From Gammaproteobacteria bacterium (GTDB lineage Bacteria; Gemmatimonadota; Gemmatimonadetes; Longimicrobiales; Gaopeijiaceae), in contig JAHEKL010000001.1 in the NCBI GenBank assembly GCA_024638345.1, forward strand, positions 1-37,849: a DNA stretch of 37,849 nucleotides. Reading direction: 5' to 3'. A program made the position numbers and the translations under genes. Positions 16,379 through 25,339 of this stretch are shown one piece after another; positions within the stretch are counted from its first letter, which is position 1, and each line of letters begins with the position of its first letter. The notes under the pieces were generated by a model, which saw nothing but the letters and a program-made list of their open reading frames with translations, was not told the DNA's origin and did not search any database.

Positions 16379-17749
16379 ATGCCCGCTCTTCGTCGTCCGA
16401 TCGTCTTCTTGATCACCGGTCTCCTTTGGTGGCCCATCGGGATCTCGGAGGTGCGCGGCCTACGCGCCCAAACCGTCCCGACTCTCGCGGTGGCCACGAT
16501 CGATCCAGATCTGGCGGTGTCGACGTTCGACTCCGTATGGAGCCGAGTCGCTCACACCCATTACGACCCAGAGATGGGTGGACTCGATTGGGATGGGATT
16601 CGTGAAGAGCTGAGGCCTCGTGTGAGAAGTGTCACTTCGACGTCCGAGCTCAGGTCCATCCTCACCGAGATGCTCGCTCGCCTGGGCGAGTCCCACTTCA
16701 CCATCATTCCCGGCTCGTCTGCTTCGGCATTTGATCCCTCCGCCCTGTCAGGCCCGACTGGAGAGGGCGATCCCGGAATCGAAGTGCGATGGATCGACGG
16801 GAGTCTTCTCGTGACGAGAGTTCGCCCGGGGAGCCCAGCGGAGCGAGCCGGTATCGAGGTCGGCTGGGTCGTGGAGCGAATCGACGAGGAGCCGATCGAG
16901 GCTCTCGTGGACCGGATCCGCGAAGTCGCACCGCCCGACCGAGCAGAAAGACAGGTGGGACTCTGGCTCCCCGGCGCGGCGAGAGGACTGATGCTCGGTC
17001 CAGAGGGCTCGTCTGTGGAGCTTTTCGTCCGCGACGATCTCGACCGTGGTCGCGGCCTGCTCGTCCCTCGCGCCGTTCCCACCGGACAGCGAGTCGCATT
17101 CGGGAACCTTCCCCCGCTGAGAATCGAGAGTGACCATCAGGTGCTCGGGCTCGAGAATGGAGAACAAGTCGGAGTTCTCCGCTGGACCGCCTGGTTCCCG
17201 ATCGTCGTACCCAGCATCGCGCGCGCGATGGACCAGCTCAGGGGCGCCGACGCCATCGTCATCGACCTGAGAGGAAACCCAGGTGGCGTGGGAGGACTCG
17301 TCATGGGCGTCGGGGGACATTTCCTTGCCGAGCCCGTGAGCTTGGGAACGATGCGAATGAGGGACGGAGAGCTGCGATTCGTGGTGAATCCCCAGAGGGT
17401 GTCCCCGGACGGCGAGCGGGTGGACCCGTACTCCGGTCCGCTCTTGATTCTCGTGGATGCACTCACCGGGAGCACTTCCGAGATCTTTGCGGGCGGCCTC
17501 CAGTCGCTGGGCCGGGCGATAGTCGTCGGTGAGACGACGGCCGGTCAGGCGCTTCCTGCGCTCGTCGTGCCGCTCCCGAACGGAGACCGTCTGCTTCACG
17601 CCGTGGCTGATTTCACCGGACCGGACGGAGTCCGGCTCGAGGGAAGGGGCGTAGAGCCTGATCGGCCGGTAAGGCTCACGCGTGCCCAACTTCTCGATTC
17701 GGACGATCCCGCGATGGCCGCAGCGCTCGAGTGGATCCGCGATCACTGA
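16379..17749 (+). CDS. S41-family peptidase (tail-specific/IRBP-like) with PDZ domain, secreted
   Basis: N-terminal signal-like segment (IVFLITGLLWWPIGISEVRG), a PDZ-like core (GIEVRWIDGSLLVTRVRPGSPAERAGIEVGW), and S41 motifs (IVIDLRGNPGG, LVDALTGSTSEIFA). Confidence 0.87.
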   Translation: MPALRRPIVFLITGLLWWPIGISEVRGLRAQTVPTLAVATIDPDLAVSTFDSVWSRVAHTHYDPEMGGLDWDGIREELRPRVRSVTSTSELRSILTEMLARLGESHFTIIPGSSASAFDPSALSGPTGEGDPGIEVRWIDGSLLVTRVRPGSPAERAGIEVGWVVERIDEEPIEALVDRIREVAPPDRAERQVGLWLPGAARGLMLGPEGSSVELFVRDDLDRGRGLLVPRAVPTGQRVAFGNLPPLRIESDHQVLGLENGEQVGVLRWTAWFPIVVPSIARAMDQLRGADAIVIDLRGNPGGVGGLVMGVGGHFLAEPVSLGTMRMRDGELRFVVNPQRVSPDGERVDPYSGPLLILVDALTGSTSEIFAGGLQSLGRAIVVGETTAGQALPALVVPLPNGDRLLHAVADFTGPDGVRLEGRGVEPDRPVRLTRAQLLDSDDPAMAAALEWIRDH

Positions 17750-17798
17750 GTCCGAGCTGATCTCTTGTCGAGCCCCCTCCAGCAGTGAGAGTCCAAGC

Positions 17799-18569
17799 AT
17801 GACTTCCGTGACCGATCGCAGCGCACTCCTCTCGCTCATGTTCATCGGAATGCTGACCCTCCCCCCCTCGGCCCGGGGGCAGGACCTGCCGCCAGCGGAG
17901 GAGCTGATCGCCGGTTACGTCGAAGCGATCGGTGGGCGTGAGGCCCACACCGCACCAGAGTCCGTGCGTTCAGTCGGCGTCATCCAGATGCCCGCCATGG
18001 GAATCACCGGCGAGTTCGAGGTTCTTCAGCTCGCGCCGAATCGTACCCTCACGCGAGTCATCCTGCCGGGTGTTGGAGAGATCGTGAGCGGCTTCGATGG
18101 GGAGGTGGGATGGAACGTGAACCCGCTGACCGGGGCCATGCTCATGCAGGGAGCGGAGCTCGATGAAGCGAGGGAGCGGGCGAGCGTGTTGGCGAGCCTG
18201 CGCGATGCGAGCCTCGTCCCGCAGCGGGAAACCGTCGAGCTCACCGAGTATGACGGAGAGAGCTGCTGGAGAGTCCGACTCGTTTGGGTCTCGGGCCGGG
18301 AGAGCTTTGACTGCTATTCCAGCGAGAACGGCTTCCTGGTGGCGTCCGAGGATTCCCAGACCAGCCCGATGGGCATGATTCAGGTAACGACGCGGTTCTC
18401 GGATTATCAGCCCTTTGAAGACATGATCCTACCCATGAGGCTAGTCCAGACTTCAATGGGCCAGACGCAAGAGATGTTGGTTCGGGAGGTACAGCTCGGA
18501 GTCGTTGAACCGACCGACGTGGCGCTTCCCCCGGTGATCCAGACCTTGCTGGAGGATCCCAACGATTAG
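17799..18569 (+). CDS. secreted hypothetical protein, possibly LolA-like beta-fold
   Basis: The ATG at 17799 gives the signal peptide MTSVTDRSALLSLMFIGMLTLPPSARGQ. The mature part is beta-strand-rich. The track call from 17682 overlaps the peptidase gene. The fold assignment is a guess. Confidence 0.62.
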   Translation: MTSVTDRSALLSLMFIGMLTLPPSARGQDLPPAEELIAGYVEAIGGREAHTAPESVRSVGVIQMPAMGITGEFEVLQLAPNRTLTRVILPGVGEIVSGFDGEVGWNVNPLTGAMLMQGAELDEARERASVLASLRDASLVPQRETVELTEYDGESCWRVRLVWVSGRESFDCYSSENGFLVASEDSQTSPMGMIQVTTRFSDYQPFEDMILPMRLVQTSMGQTQEMLVREVQLGVVEPTDVALPPVIQTLLEDPND

Positions 18570-18703
18570 TGTTCGCTCTCGCGACTGAGAGCCCACCTCG
18601 GTTGACGCAGTCCTGGACGACTCGTGTTTGCAGGTTTTAGCTTGAAACCTTAGGGTGGCGAGTGAATGACCCGCGCGCCTCGAGCCTGCTAGGAAGCTCC
18701 ATC

Positions 18704-20014
18704 ATGAGTGCCACTTCTTCCGGAAAGACTGCGACGCCGAGAAGTGATCGGCGTCGTTGGCGCATTCCTCCGCCGCCCCTCCAGGACGGAAACGCTCCGG
18801 GACCGGAGGGACTCGCGGTTCTCGGAGAGATCGACGGCGATCTGGGGGTGATCCTGTGGAAGTCCCTCCGTTCAGTTCTTCTCTGGGCCGACACGGATCC
18901 CGGTAATCGGCGGAAACTGTTCGAGCCTGAGGCATCCCACCGCCGTTGCGGCGAGATCTCGAAGGCGGTCCCCTCCGAGTCCCCCGAGCTTCTAGCTCCG
19001 TTGGAGGATCTCCTTTCGATCCTCGAACATCCGGAAGAGACCGAGGCGGAGCTCGTGGGCCACGCCTGTCGCAGAGTCGCGGTCTGGGCAGGTTCGCAGG
19101 GTGCGAAGCTCACACAGCTCGAGTTTCTCCAGGCCGCGGCTGCTTGTCGTCCGGACCACGCGGGCTTGGCGTTGGAGGTGGGGGGCGCCGCGCGGGATCT
19201 CACCCACTATGCGAAAGCGGAGGCTTGGTTCTACAGGGCGGTCGGCCTAGCCCGCCAGAGCGGGCGTTGGCCGGAGTACGTAACCGCTTACCTCAAGCAC
19301 GGAATCATGATGCAGCGCCGTGGTGCCCTGCCTGCCGCCCGAAGAAGCTTCTTGAAGGCCATGAGACGATCCCGCAGGCAGGGAATACGCGACGGCGAGG
19401 CCCGCGCTCTGCACAATCTCTTCACCGTGGAATACTTGGCCGGATCCCATGACCGAGCGATCGAGTACGCGGCGCGTGCGGTGGTCGCCTATGGACCGTC
19501 GGACGAGCGTCTCCCGAGACTCGCGCACGACATCGCCTATGTCTGGCTCGAGCAGGGTGACTTCGAGCACTCGCTACCCATCTTCATGGCGACGCTGGCG
19601 AGGGTCGGCCCCCCCGATCGTCCGACTGTGCTCGGTTCGCTGAGTCGTGCGGCTGCAGGCATGAACGATGTGGGAGCCTACGCTTGGGCGCTTCGCGAGC
19701 TTCGCCTGTACGCAGCGGCTCCCCGCATCGCGGACGCATGGGTGGAGATGGCTCGGGCGGCCCTTGCACTGGGTCGCTACGAAGAAGCCGAGGAGGCGGC
19801 TGGACTGGCAGAAACGGTGGCGAGAGCGAGACGCGAAGGGCAAATCCGGTTCATGGCAGAGGAGATCTTGACGCAGATCCGCCACGAACAGGAAGCCCAC
19901 AGTGCGATACCGGCTACAACCGAGCAGACCGTCGTGAAGGATCGTCTCGCCCGCGACCTCATCCGCACGTTACAGGTCGCACCGGCATCGGAGACCCCCG
20001 TTTGGTCAGAGTGA
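18704..20014 (+). CDS. TPR-like repeat protein, hypothetical
   Basis: The ATG at 18704 has GGAAG 7 nt upstream; the alternative start is GTG 18662. The C-terminal two thirds consist of repeated helical-pair units of roughly TPR length (AEAWFYRAVGLARQSG, YVTAYLKHGIMMQRRGALPAARRSFLKAM, ALHNLFTVEYLAGSHDRAIEYAARAV, AYVWLEQGDFEHSLPIF, MARAALALGRYEEAEEAAGLA). Confidence 0.7.
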   Translation: MSATSSGKTATPRSDRRRWRIPPPPLQDGNAPGPEGLAVLGEIDGDLGVILWKSLRSVLLWADTDPGNRRKLFEPEASHRRCGEISKAVPSESPELLAPLEDLLSILEHPEETEAELVGHACRRVAVWAGSQGAKLTQLEFLQAAAACRPDHAGLALEVGGAARDLTHYAKAEAWFYRAVGLARQSGRWPEYVTAYLKHGIMMQRRGALPAARRSFLKAMRRSRRQGIRDGEARALHNLFTVEYLAGSHDRAIEYAARAVVAYGPSDERLPRLAHDIAYVWLEQGDFEHSLPIFMATLARVGPPDRPTVLGSLSRAAAGMNDVGAYAWALRELRLYAAAPRIADAWVEMARAALALGRYEEAEEAAGLAETVARARREGQIRFMAEEILTQIRHEQEAHSAIPATTEQTVVKDRLARDLIRTLQVAPASETPVWSE

Positions 20015-20052
20015 CGAAGGGGAAGCGCCTGGCTTCAGCGCCTCCCCTTCGT
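20014..20052. terminator. GC-rich hairpin between convergent genes (bidirectional terminator candidate)
   Basis: ACGAAGGGGAAGCGC (20014-20028) pairs with GCGCCTCCCCTTCGT (20038-20052). That is 15 bp with one mismatch and a 9-nt loop. It starts at the last base of the TPR stop codon. There is no clear U-tract. Confidence 0.45.
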
Positions 20053-20076
20053 CCGTGGGTAGCTGGGTCGATCGGC

Positions 20077-20199
20077 TCAGTCGCCCGAGTCCAGGAACCC
20101 GCCGTACTCACCCCCCTGTGGACCGGTGGGGCCCAGGTCGGTGCATCCAGCCATCATCACCAGGGTGAAGACCGCCACCAGAAGTCGCAGCTTTCTCAT
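20077..20199 (-). CDS. 40-codon putative lipoprotein micro-gene (not in the ORF track)
   Basis: My own translation of the minus strand gives MRKLRLLVAVFTLVMMAGCTDLGPTGPQGGEYGGFLDSGD, then stop. The features are ATG at 20199, AAGGA 7 nt upstream, a positively charged n-region, a hydrophobic core, a lipobox-like MAGC, and a Gly-rich acidic 22-residue mature peptide. The hairpin at 20014-20052 lies downstream. Confidence 0.5.
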   Translation of the reverse strand: MRKLRLLVAVFTLVMMAGCTDLGPTGPQGGEYGGFLDSGD

Positions 20200-20324
20200 T
20201 GCTCGGTCCTTTTGTCATGAGTCGTCATGCCGTTCCGGGACGTGGCACACCGACAAATGTCGTGTTCGGGTAGCACCGCTACCCAACCTCATTCGAGCAA
20301 TACCACCACTGATTCCGTCAATTT

Positions 20325-21143
20325 ATGAGAACCGCGCCTCGCCCTCTCCTGGTACTCCATGAGAACCGTGTCTTGCGCGAGAGGCTCACACGAACGGCGC
20401 AGGGTCGGTTCCACCTGTCGGTGGTCGGCAGCTGGAGCGAGCTGCGGGACAGCGTTGCCCAGGCTCCGCCGGCGGCACTCATTCTGGTAGACCCCTATTT
20501 TGGTAATGCGAACGGAGCGACGCCCGCCCCCGATCTCTACGACATCCTCACCGCCTTTCCCTCTTCGACGGTGATCGCAGCGCTCGAATCGCTTCCTAGC
20601 CGCTATCGTGACATTTGGATGCTGGGTGACTGGGGGGTGGCGGAAATCCTCCAGCTGGAGGAGGACAAGAGCCAACTCGCACTGACCCGTCGACTCCTTC
20701 GCGCACGCGCGCAGCCGCTCAGGCGTCTACTTTCCCACGACTCGGGCGTCCCGTTCACGGGTCGAGCCCGAGCTCTGATGGACGCGGCGGTGGAGACCGT
20801 CATGACGGGTGGCCACCCCAAGGACCTCGCACGCTCCCTCGGCTTCTCGCCCTCGACCCTGCTCCGCTGGTGCAGGCGCTCTCAGCTTCCGACCCCAAGA
20901 CGTCTTCTGCTGTGGCTGCGCATCCTCTTCGCTGCCGCTCTGGTGGACGATCCTGGTCACACCGTATTCAGCGTCGGATTGGCCTGCGGCTACTCGGGGG
21001 ATCAGGCTCTTCGTCGGGCCATTCGGTCGGTGGTTCCCTACACGCCATCCCAGCTTCGAGAGCTCGGGGCGTTCGACACCGTCTCCGAAGCGTTCTTCAG
21101 GGAGCTGGCCGAGCTTCGAGACGACGCGGCCGAGAAGCGATAG
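20325..21143 (+). CDS. hybrid regulator: receiver-like N-terminal domain fused to an AraC/XylS-type HTH
   Basis: The N-terminus shows CheY-like alternation (LLVLHEN, ALILVDPYF, STVIAAL). The C-terminus (LARSLGFSPSTLLRWCRR...VFSVGLACGYSGDQALRRAIRSVVPYTPSQLRE) matches the AraC double-HTH pattern. Confidence 0.75.
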   Translation: MRTAPRPLLVLHENRVLRERLTRTAQGRFHLSVVGSWSELRDSVAQAPPAALILVDPYFGNANGATPAPDLYDILTAFPSSTVIAALESLPSRYRDIWMLGDWGVAEILQLEEDKSQLALTRRLLRARAQPLRRLLSHDSGVPFTGRARALMDAAVETVMTGGHPKDLARSLGFSPSTLLRWCRRSQLPTPRRLLLWLRILFAAALVDDPGHTVFSVGLACGYSGDQALRRAIRSVVPYTPSQLRELGAFDTVSEAFFRELAELRDDAAEKR

Positions 21144-21232
21144 ATTCCCTGAATCGAGCTGGCCGCGGAGACGCGCATTCCTCGGCCGGGGACCATCGCG
21201 CGCTGCGCCCTCGCACTCTGCAGACCTGACTC

Positions 21233-22033
21233 TTGGACCCAATCCTTCACAACATCGATCCGTTCATCATCAGGTTCACGGAGGGATTCGGGCCTAGGTG
21301 GTACTCACTTCCGTACATGTTCGGGATGCTGTTCGCGTACCTCGCCCTCCGACAGGCGGCTCGTCGGCACGAGATTGGAAACATGACCGAAGAGGTCGCG
21401 GAGAACTTCGTCCTGGTCGCCATCCTCGCCGCGCTGATCGGGGCGCGCTTCTTCCACGTGTTCGTGTTCGAGTTCAACCGTTACGGCGTCGATCCGCTGG
21501 CTTGGATCGCGGTCTGGCGGGGAGGCCTGGCTTTCCACGGTGGCTTCGTCGGCGTGCTCCTCGCCGTCGCATGGTTCTCTCACAAGTACGACCTGCGCTT
21601 CTACGATCTGGTGGACCGACTTGTGGTTCCGGTGGCCCTCGCTCTCTGTCTGGGACGGATCGCCAACTTCATCAACGCGGAGATGTACGGCACGCCTTAC
21701 GACGGCCCCTTTTGCGTTGACTACTCGCAGAACGAGTACATGGCTCGGCCCCCCGAAGGCTGTCGTCACCCGACCCAGCTCTATGAGTCGGCCAAGAACC
21801 TGGGGATCGCGGGAGTCCTGTTCCTCGTTCGCTCCCGGCTCAATCCTCCTCCGGGAGTGATCACGTGGAGCTTCGTCGCGCTCTACGGATGGATCCGCTT
21901 CGGGCTGATGTACCTGCGTGAGGAGGAGACCGTCTGGGGCGCACTGACCCTGTCGCAGATCTTTTCCGGACTCATGGGTGTGCTCGGGATCGTCATGCTC
22001 TCGTTCATCGCGACGAGGCGGGTGAAGGCTTGA
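21233..22033 (+). CDS. lgt: prolipoprotein diacylglyceryl transferase
   Basis: Lgt hallmarks are present: [63 protein letters not shown]. The TTG start at 21233 fits the family N-terminus. Confidence 0.9.
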   Translation: MDPILHNIDPFIIRFTEGFGPRWYSLPYMFGMLFAYLALRQAARRHEIGNMTEEVAENFVLVAILAALIGARFFHVFVFEFNRYGVDPLAWIAVWRGGLAFHGGFVGVLLAVAWFSHKYDLRFYDLVDRLVVPVALALCLGRIANFINAEMYGTPYDGPFCVDYSQNEYMARPPEGCRHPTQLYESAKNLGIAGVLFLVRSRLNPPPGVITWSFVALYGWIRFGLMYLREEETVWGALTLSQIFSGLMGVLGIVMLSFIATRRVKA

Positions 22034-23709
22034 GCGGTCCGCAGTACATCTACGTGATGAAGGGCCTGCGTAAGGTCGTTCCCCCCAAGCGTGAGATCCT
22101 CGAGGGCATCTGGCTGTCCTTCCTCCCCGGAGCGAAGATTGGGGTCGTGGGCTCCAATGGCGCCGGAAAGAGCACGCTTCTGAGGATCATGGCCGGCATC
22201 GACACGGACTTCCAGGGTGAAGCCTGGGTGGCCCGGGGCACTCGAGTCGCACACCTGCCGCAGGAGCCCGAGCTCGATCCCTCCCGCACCGTCAAGGAAA
22301 ACGTGGAAGAGGGCGTCCGCGAGGCGCGGGATCTCGTGTCTCGATTCGAAGCAGTGAGCCTCGCCTTCGGAGACGTCTCGACGGATGAGGAGATGGAAGC
22401 TCTCCTGTCGGAGCAGTCGACGCTCCAAGACCAGATCGAGGCTGCCGAGGCCTGGGATCTAGATCGGAAGATCGAGATCGCGATGGACGCCCTTCGACTG
22501 CCGCCGGGCGATTCCGGCGTGACCCATCTCTCAGGAGGAGAAGTCCGAAGGGTTGCCCTATGTCGTGTCCTGCTCGAACAGCCCGATCTGCTTCTCCTGG
22601 ATGAGCCCACCAATCACCTGGATGCGGAGTCGGTCGCGTGGCTCGAGCGGCATCTCGCGGAGTTCAAGGGGACCATCGTCGCCATCACCCATGATCGGTA
22701 CTTCTTGGACAACGTGGCCCAGTGGATCCTCGAGCTAGACCGGGGCCGGGGAATACCGTACGAGGGAAACTACTCGAGCTGGCTCGAACAGAAGCAGGCA
22801 AGATTGGCCTTGGAGGAAAAGGAAGCGTCCTCGAGACGAAAGACCCTGGAGCGAGAGCTCGAGTGGATCAGGATGAGTCCCCGTGCACGTCAGGCGAAGG
22901 GTAAGGCCAGGATCAGCGCCTATGAGGACCTGCTGTCGCAGGGCGCCAAGGAACGCGTGGAAAGCTCGGAGATCCTCATTCCTAGACCTGCGCGGCTCGG
23001 AGAGGACGTGGTCAGCTTCGAGCAGGTCTCCAAGGGGTACGGCGATCGCCTGCTGATGGAGGATTTGAGTTTTCGCCTTCCTCGCGGCGGAATCGTAGGG
23101 GTGATCGGTCCCAACGGTGCTGGAAAGACCACTACGTTCAGGATGATCGTGGGTGAGGAGGAGCCGGACTCGGGTGCGGTGAAGCTCGGAGCCACCGTGA
23201 GCGTGTCCTACGTGGATCAGTCCCGCTCGGCGCTGGACCCGGAGAAGACCGTCTGGGAAGAAGTCTCCGGTGGGCGGGATGTGCTCGATTTCGGTTGGCG
23301 GGAGGTAAACTCCCGAGCTTACCTTTCCTGGTTCAAGTTCACGGGGGCCGATCAACAGAAGAGGGTCGGCGTGCTTTCGGGTGGAGAGAGGAATCGTCTC
23401 CATCTAGCGAAGCTGCTCAGATCCGGGGGCAACCTGCTCCTCCTCGACGAGCCCACGAACGATTTGGACGTGGACACTCTGAGGGCCCTAGAAGACGCTT
23501 TGATCGCATTCCCCGGGTGTGCCGTGGTCATATCGCACGACCGATGGTTCCTCGATCGTATCGCGACCCACATCCTCGCCTTCGAGGGAGACTCCCAGGT
23601 CCGCTGGTTCGAGGGCAACTACGGAGACTACGAGCTCGACCGGCAGAAGCGTCTGGGTGCCGCCCAGCCAGGGAAGGTTCGCTACAAGCCCCTGACCCGC
23701 CCCGACTGA
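22030..23709 (+). CDS. ettA: ABC-F translational throttle protein EttA
   Basis: Collinear with EttA from the N-terminus ([53 protein letters not shown]). It has two ABC cassettes with LSGGE signatures. The TTG start overlaps the lgt stop (TTGA). Confidence 0.93.
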   Translation: MSGPQYIYVMKGLRKVVPPKREILEGIWLSFLPGAKIGVVGSNGAGKSTLLRIMAGIDTDFQGEAWVARGTRVAHLPQEPELDPSRTVKENVEEGVREARDLVSRFEAVSLAFGDVSTDEEMEALLSEQSTLQDQIEAAEAWDLDRKIEIAMDALRLPPGDSGVTHLSGGEVRRVALCRVLLEQPDLLLLDEPTNHLDAESVAWLERHLAEFKGTIVAITHDRYFLDNVAQWILELDRGRGIPYEGNYSSWLEQKQARLALEEKEASSRRKTLERELEWIRMSPRARQAKGKARISAYEDLLSQGAKERVESSEILIPRPARLGEDVVSFEQVSKGYGDRLLMEDLSFRLPRGGIVGVIGPNGAGKTTTFRMIVGEEEPDSGAVKLGATVSVSYVDQSRSALDPEKTVWEEVSGGRDVLDFGWREVNSRAYLSWFKFTGADQQKRVGVLSGGERNRLHLAKLLRSGGNLLLLDEPTNDLDVDTLRALEDALIAFPGCAVVISHDRWFLDRIATHILAFEGDSQVRWFEGNYGDYELDRQKRLGAAQPGKVRYKPLTRPD

Positions 23710-23710
23710 C

Positions 23711-24745
23711 ATGGGTATCGGGCCTGGCCGTCGCTCCAGTCGCCCTCGCGTCTCGGTGCTCATGCCGGTCCGAGATGCCGCGGACGTACTCGAGGGCGCG
23801 GTCGAGTCGATCCGGCGTCAAACGCTTGAATCGTGGGAGATGGTCGCCGTGGACGACGGATCGGGGGACCGTTCCCTCGAGGTCCTGCGACGCTGCGCGG
23901 CCGCCGACGGGCGAGTCCGAGTGTTCGACTCGGAGCGGCGCGGAATCGTCGAAGCGCTGGAAAGGGGCCGCGCCCTGAGCCGCGCCCCGCTGATCGCCCG
24001 CATGGATGCAGACGACCTGGCCGACCCGCAGCGCCTGGAGGCACAGGTCTCCTTTCTGGAGTCCCACCCGGATCTCGGCCTTTGCGGGACCCACGTTCGC
24101 TACTTTCCGAGAAGGAGAGTGCGGGCAGGTGCCAAGCGTTACGAATCCTGGCTCAACTCGCTTCGGTCCCCCGCCGACCTGCTTCGAGATCTTTGGATCG
24201 AGTGTCCGTTGGCACATCCATCGTTCACTGTTCGCGCTTCCGCGCTCGATCGCGTCGGTGGGTACCGCGACCGGGGTTGGCCCGAGGACTACGATCTCGT
24301 GCTTCGCCTTTGGGTGGAGGGCGTGGGGATGGGGGTGGTCCCCCGAGTCCTCCACCATTGGAGGGAGAGCCCCGACCGGCTTTCCCGGACCGACCCGCGC
24401 TACGGCCCCGACCGGTTTCGAGCGATCAAGCTGCATTTCCTCTCTCGGACACTTCTTCTAGAACGCAACGGGATCGTCATCTGGGGTGCGGGACGCATCG
24501 GAAAGTCGTTCGCCCGCGATGCGCTCGAGCGTGGGCTGCGTATTCGGGCCTTCGTGGACCTAGACCCGAGAAAGGTGGGTCAGGAAATCCACGGCGCGCC
24601 CGTGATCCCACCTGCAGAAGCCGCCAGGCTGAGAGATGCGCTCAGCCTGGCGGCGGTCGGACAGCCGGGAGCACGCGGCGAGATCAGGCAGGCGCTCCAG
24701 GGCTTCGGGTGGCAGGAAGGCCTGGATTTCGTGGCGATCGCCTGA
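23711..24745 (+). CDS. family-2 glycosyltransferase with a C-terminal Rossmann-like extension
   Basis: GT-A signature (VSVLMPVRDAADVLEGAVESIRRQTLESWEMVAVDDGSGD...RMDADD). The C-terminal ~100 aa (GIVIWGAGRIGKSFARDALERGLRIRAFVDLDPRKVG) has a GxGxxG dinucleotide/CoA-binding-like pattern. The ATG lies 1 nt after the ettA stop. Confidence 0.83.
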   Translation: MGIGPGRRSSRPRVSVLMPVRDAADVLEGAVESIRRQTLESWEMVAVDDGSGDRSLEVLRRCAAADGRVRVFDSERRGIVEALERGRALSRAPLIARMDADDLADPQRLEAQVSFLESHPDLGLCGTHVRYFPRRRVRAGAKRYESWLNSLRSPADLLRDLWIECPLAHPSFTVRASALDRVGGYRDRGWPEDYDLVLRLWVEGVGMGVVPRVLHHWRESPDRLSRTDPRYGPDRFRAIKLHFLSRTLLLERNGIVIWGAGRIGKSFARDALERGLRIRAFVDLDPRKVGQEIHGAPVIPPAEAARLRDALSLAAVGQPGARGEIRQALQGFGWQEGLDFVAIA

Positions 24746-24756
24746 CCGACGCGGAG

Positions 24757-25170
24757 TCAGGGACTCACCGAGCGTCTCCTGAAGACGGCCGATCCTTCCA
24801 GCTCCGTCACGTTCATCTCGCCAGACATCCGATGCTGGTCCGTGAGATCACCTTCGAACGTCGGGTCCACACCCGGGAAGAACTGCAGCGTCAAGGCGAT
24901 GCCACCGCTCTCCGTCGCGGAGCCAACGATGTTCCCCTGATGCAGTACGTCCTGGGTTCGGGTCCAAGATCCGCTCACCGTGCCTCCCCCATCCGACTCG
25001 ATGAACAAGGTGAGGCCTCTTCCTGCGTCGGTGGTCTGGAGCTCGCCCACGCCGTCCCAGATCCCGACCAGGCTCACTTCTTCGAGATTCGTCGTCGAGT
25101 CGCATGCAGCGGTGGAAAGCACGATAAACGGCAGCGCGAGAAGCAGGCTAGGGACTCCCTTCGTTTTCAT
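24757..25170 (-). CDS. small lipoprotein, hypothetical (lipocalin-like beta protein?)
   Basis: The ATG at 25170 has GAGGA 6 nt upstream. The signal peptide is MKTKGVPSLLLALPFIVLSTAAC, with a non-canonical lipobox TAAC. The mature part is beta-rich. Confidence 0.62.
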   Translation of the reverse strand: MKTKGVPSLLLALPFIVLSTAACDSTTNLEEVSLVGIWDGVGELQTTDAGRGLTLFIESDGGGTVSGSWTRTQDVLHQGNIVGSATESGGIALTLQFFPGVDPTFEGDLTDQHRMSGEMNVTELEGSAVFRRRSVSP

Positions 25171-25339
25171 TGTCGATCCTCACTAGATGCTTGAACGGTG
25201 GCCGGTTACGAACACGGCAGGGTCAGGCGCGACACGAACAAACAAGTTTTCCGAATTAAAGAAAACGCCGGAAACGAGTTCTGTCCATGAGGCTCGATCA
25301 CACCCGCGGCCATCGCCTGATAACGCTGCGATTGGGCCG

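Noticed and set aside
17440-17570. The S41 peptidase reads GETTAGQA where C-terminal processing proteases have TFGKG, which could suggest a missing catalytic lysine and a dead enzyme
   Set aside because: As I recall, IRBP-like and tricorn-type S41 subfamilies do not use that lysine motif, so the substitution does not show loss of activity. A family-specific alignment is needed before any claim.
18575-18654. Small hairpins after the secreted-protein gene (GCTCTC/GAGAGC at 18575-18592; AGGTTT/AAACCT at about 18634-18654)
   Set aside because: The stems are only 6 bp with no U-tract. They are too weak to call as terminators or an RNA element without transcript data.
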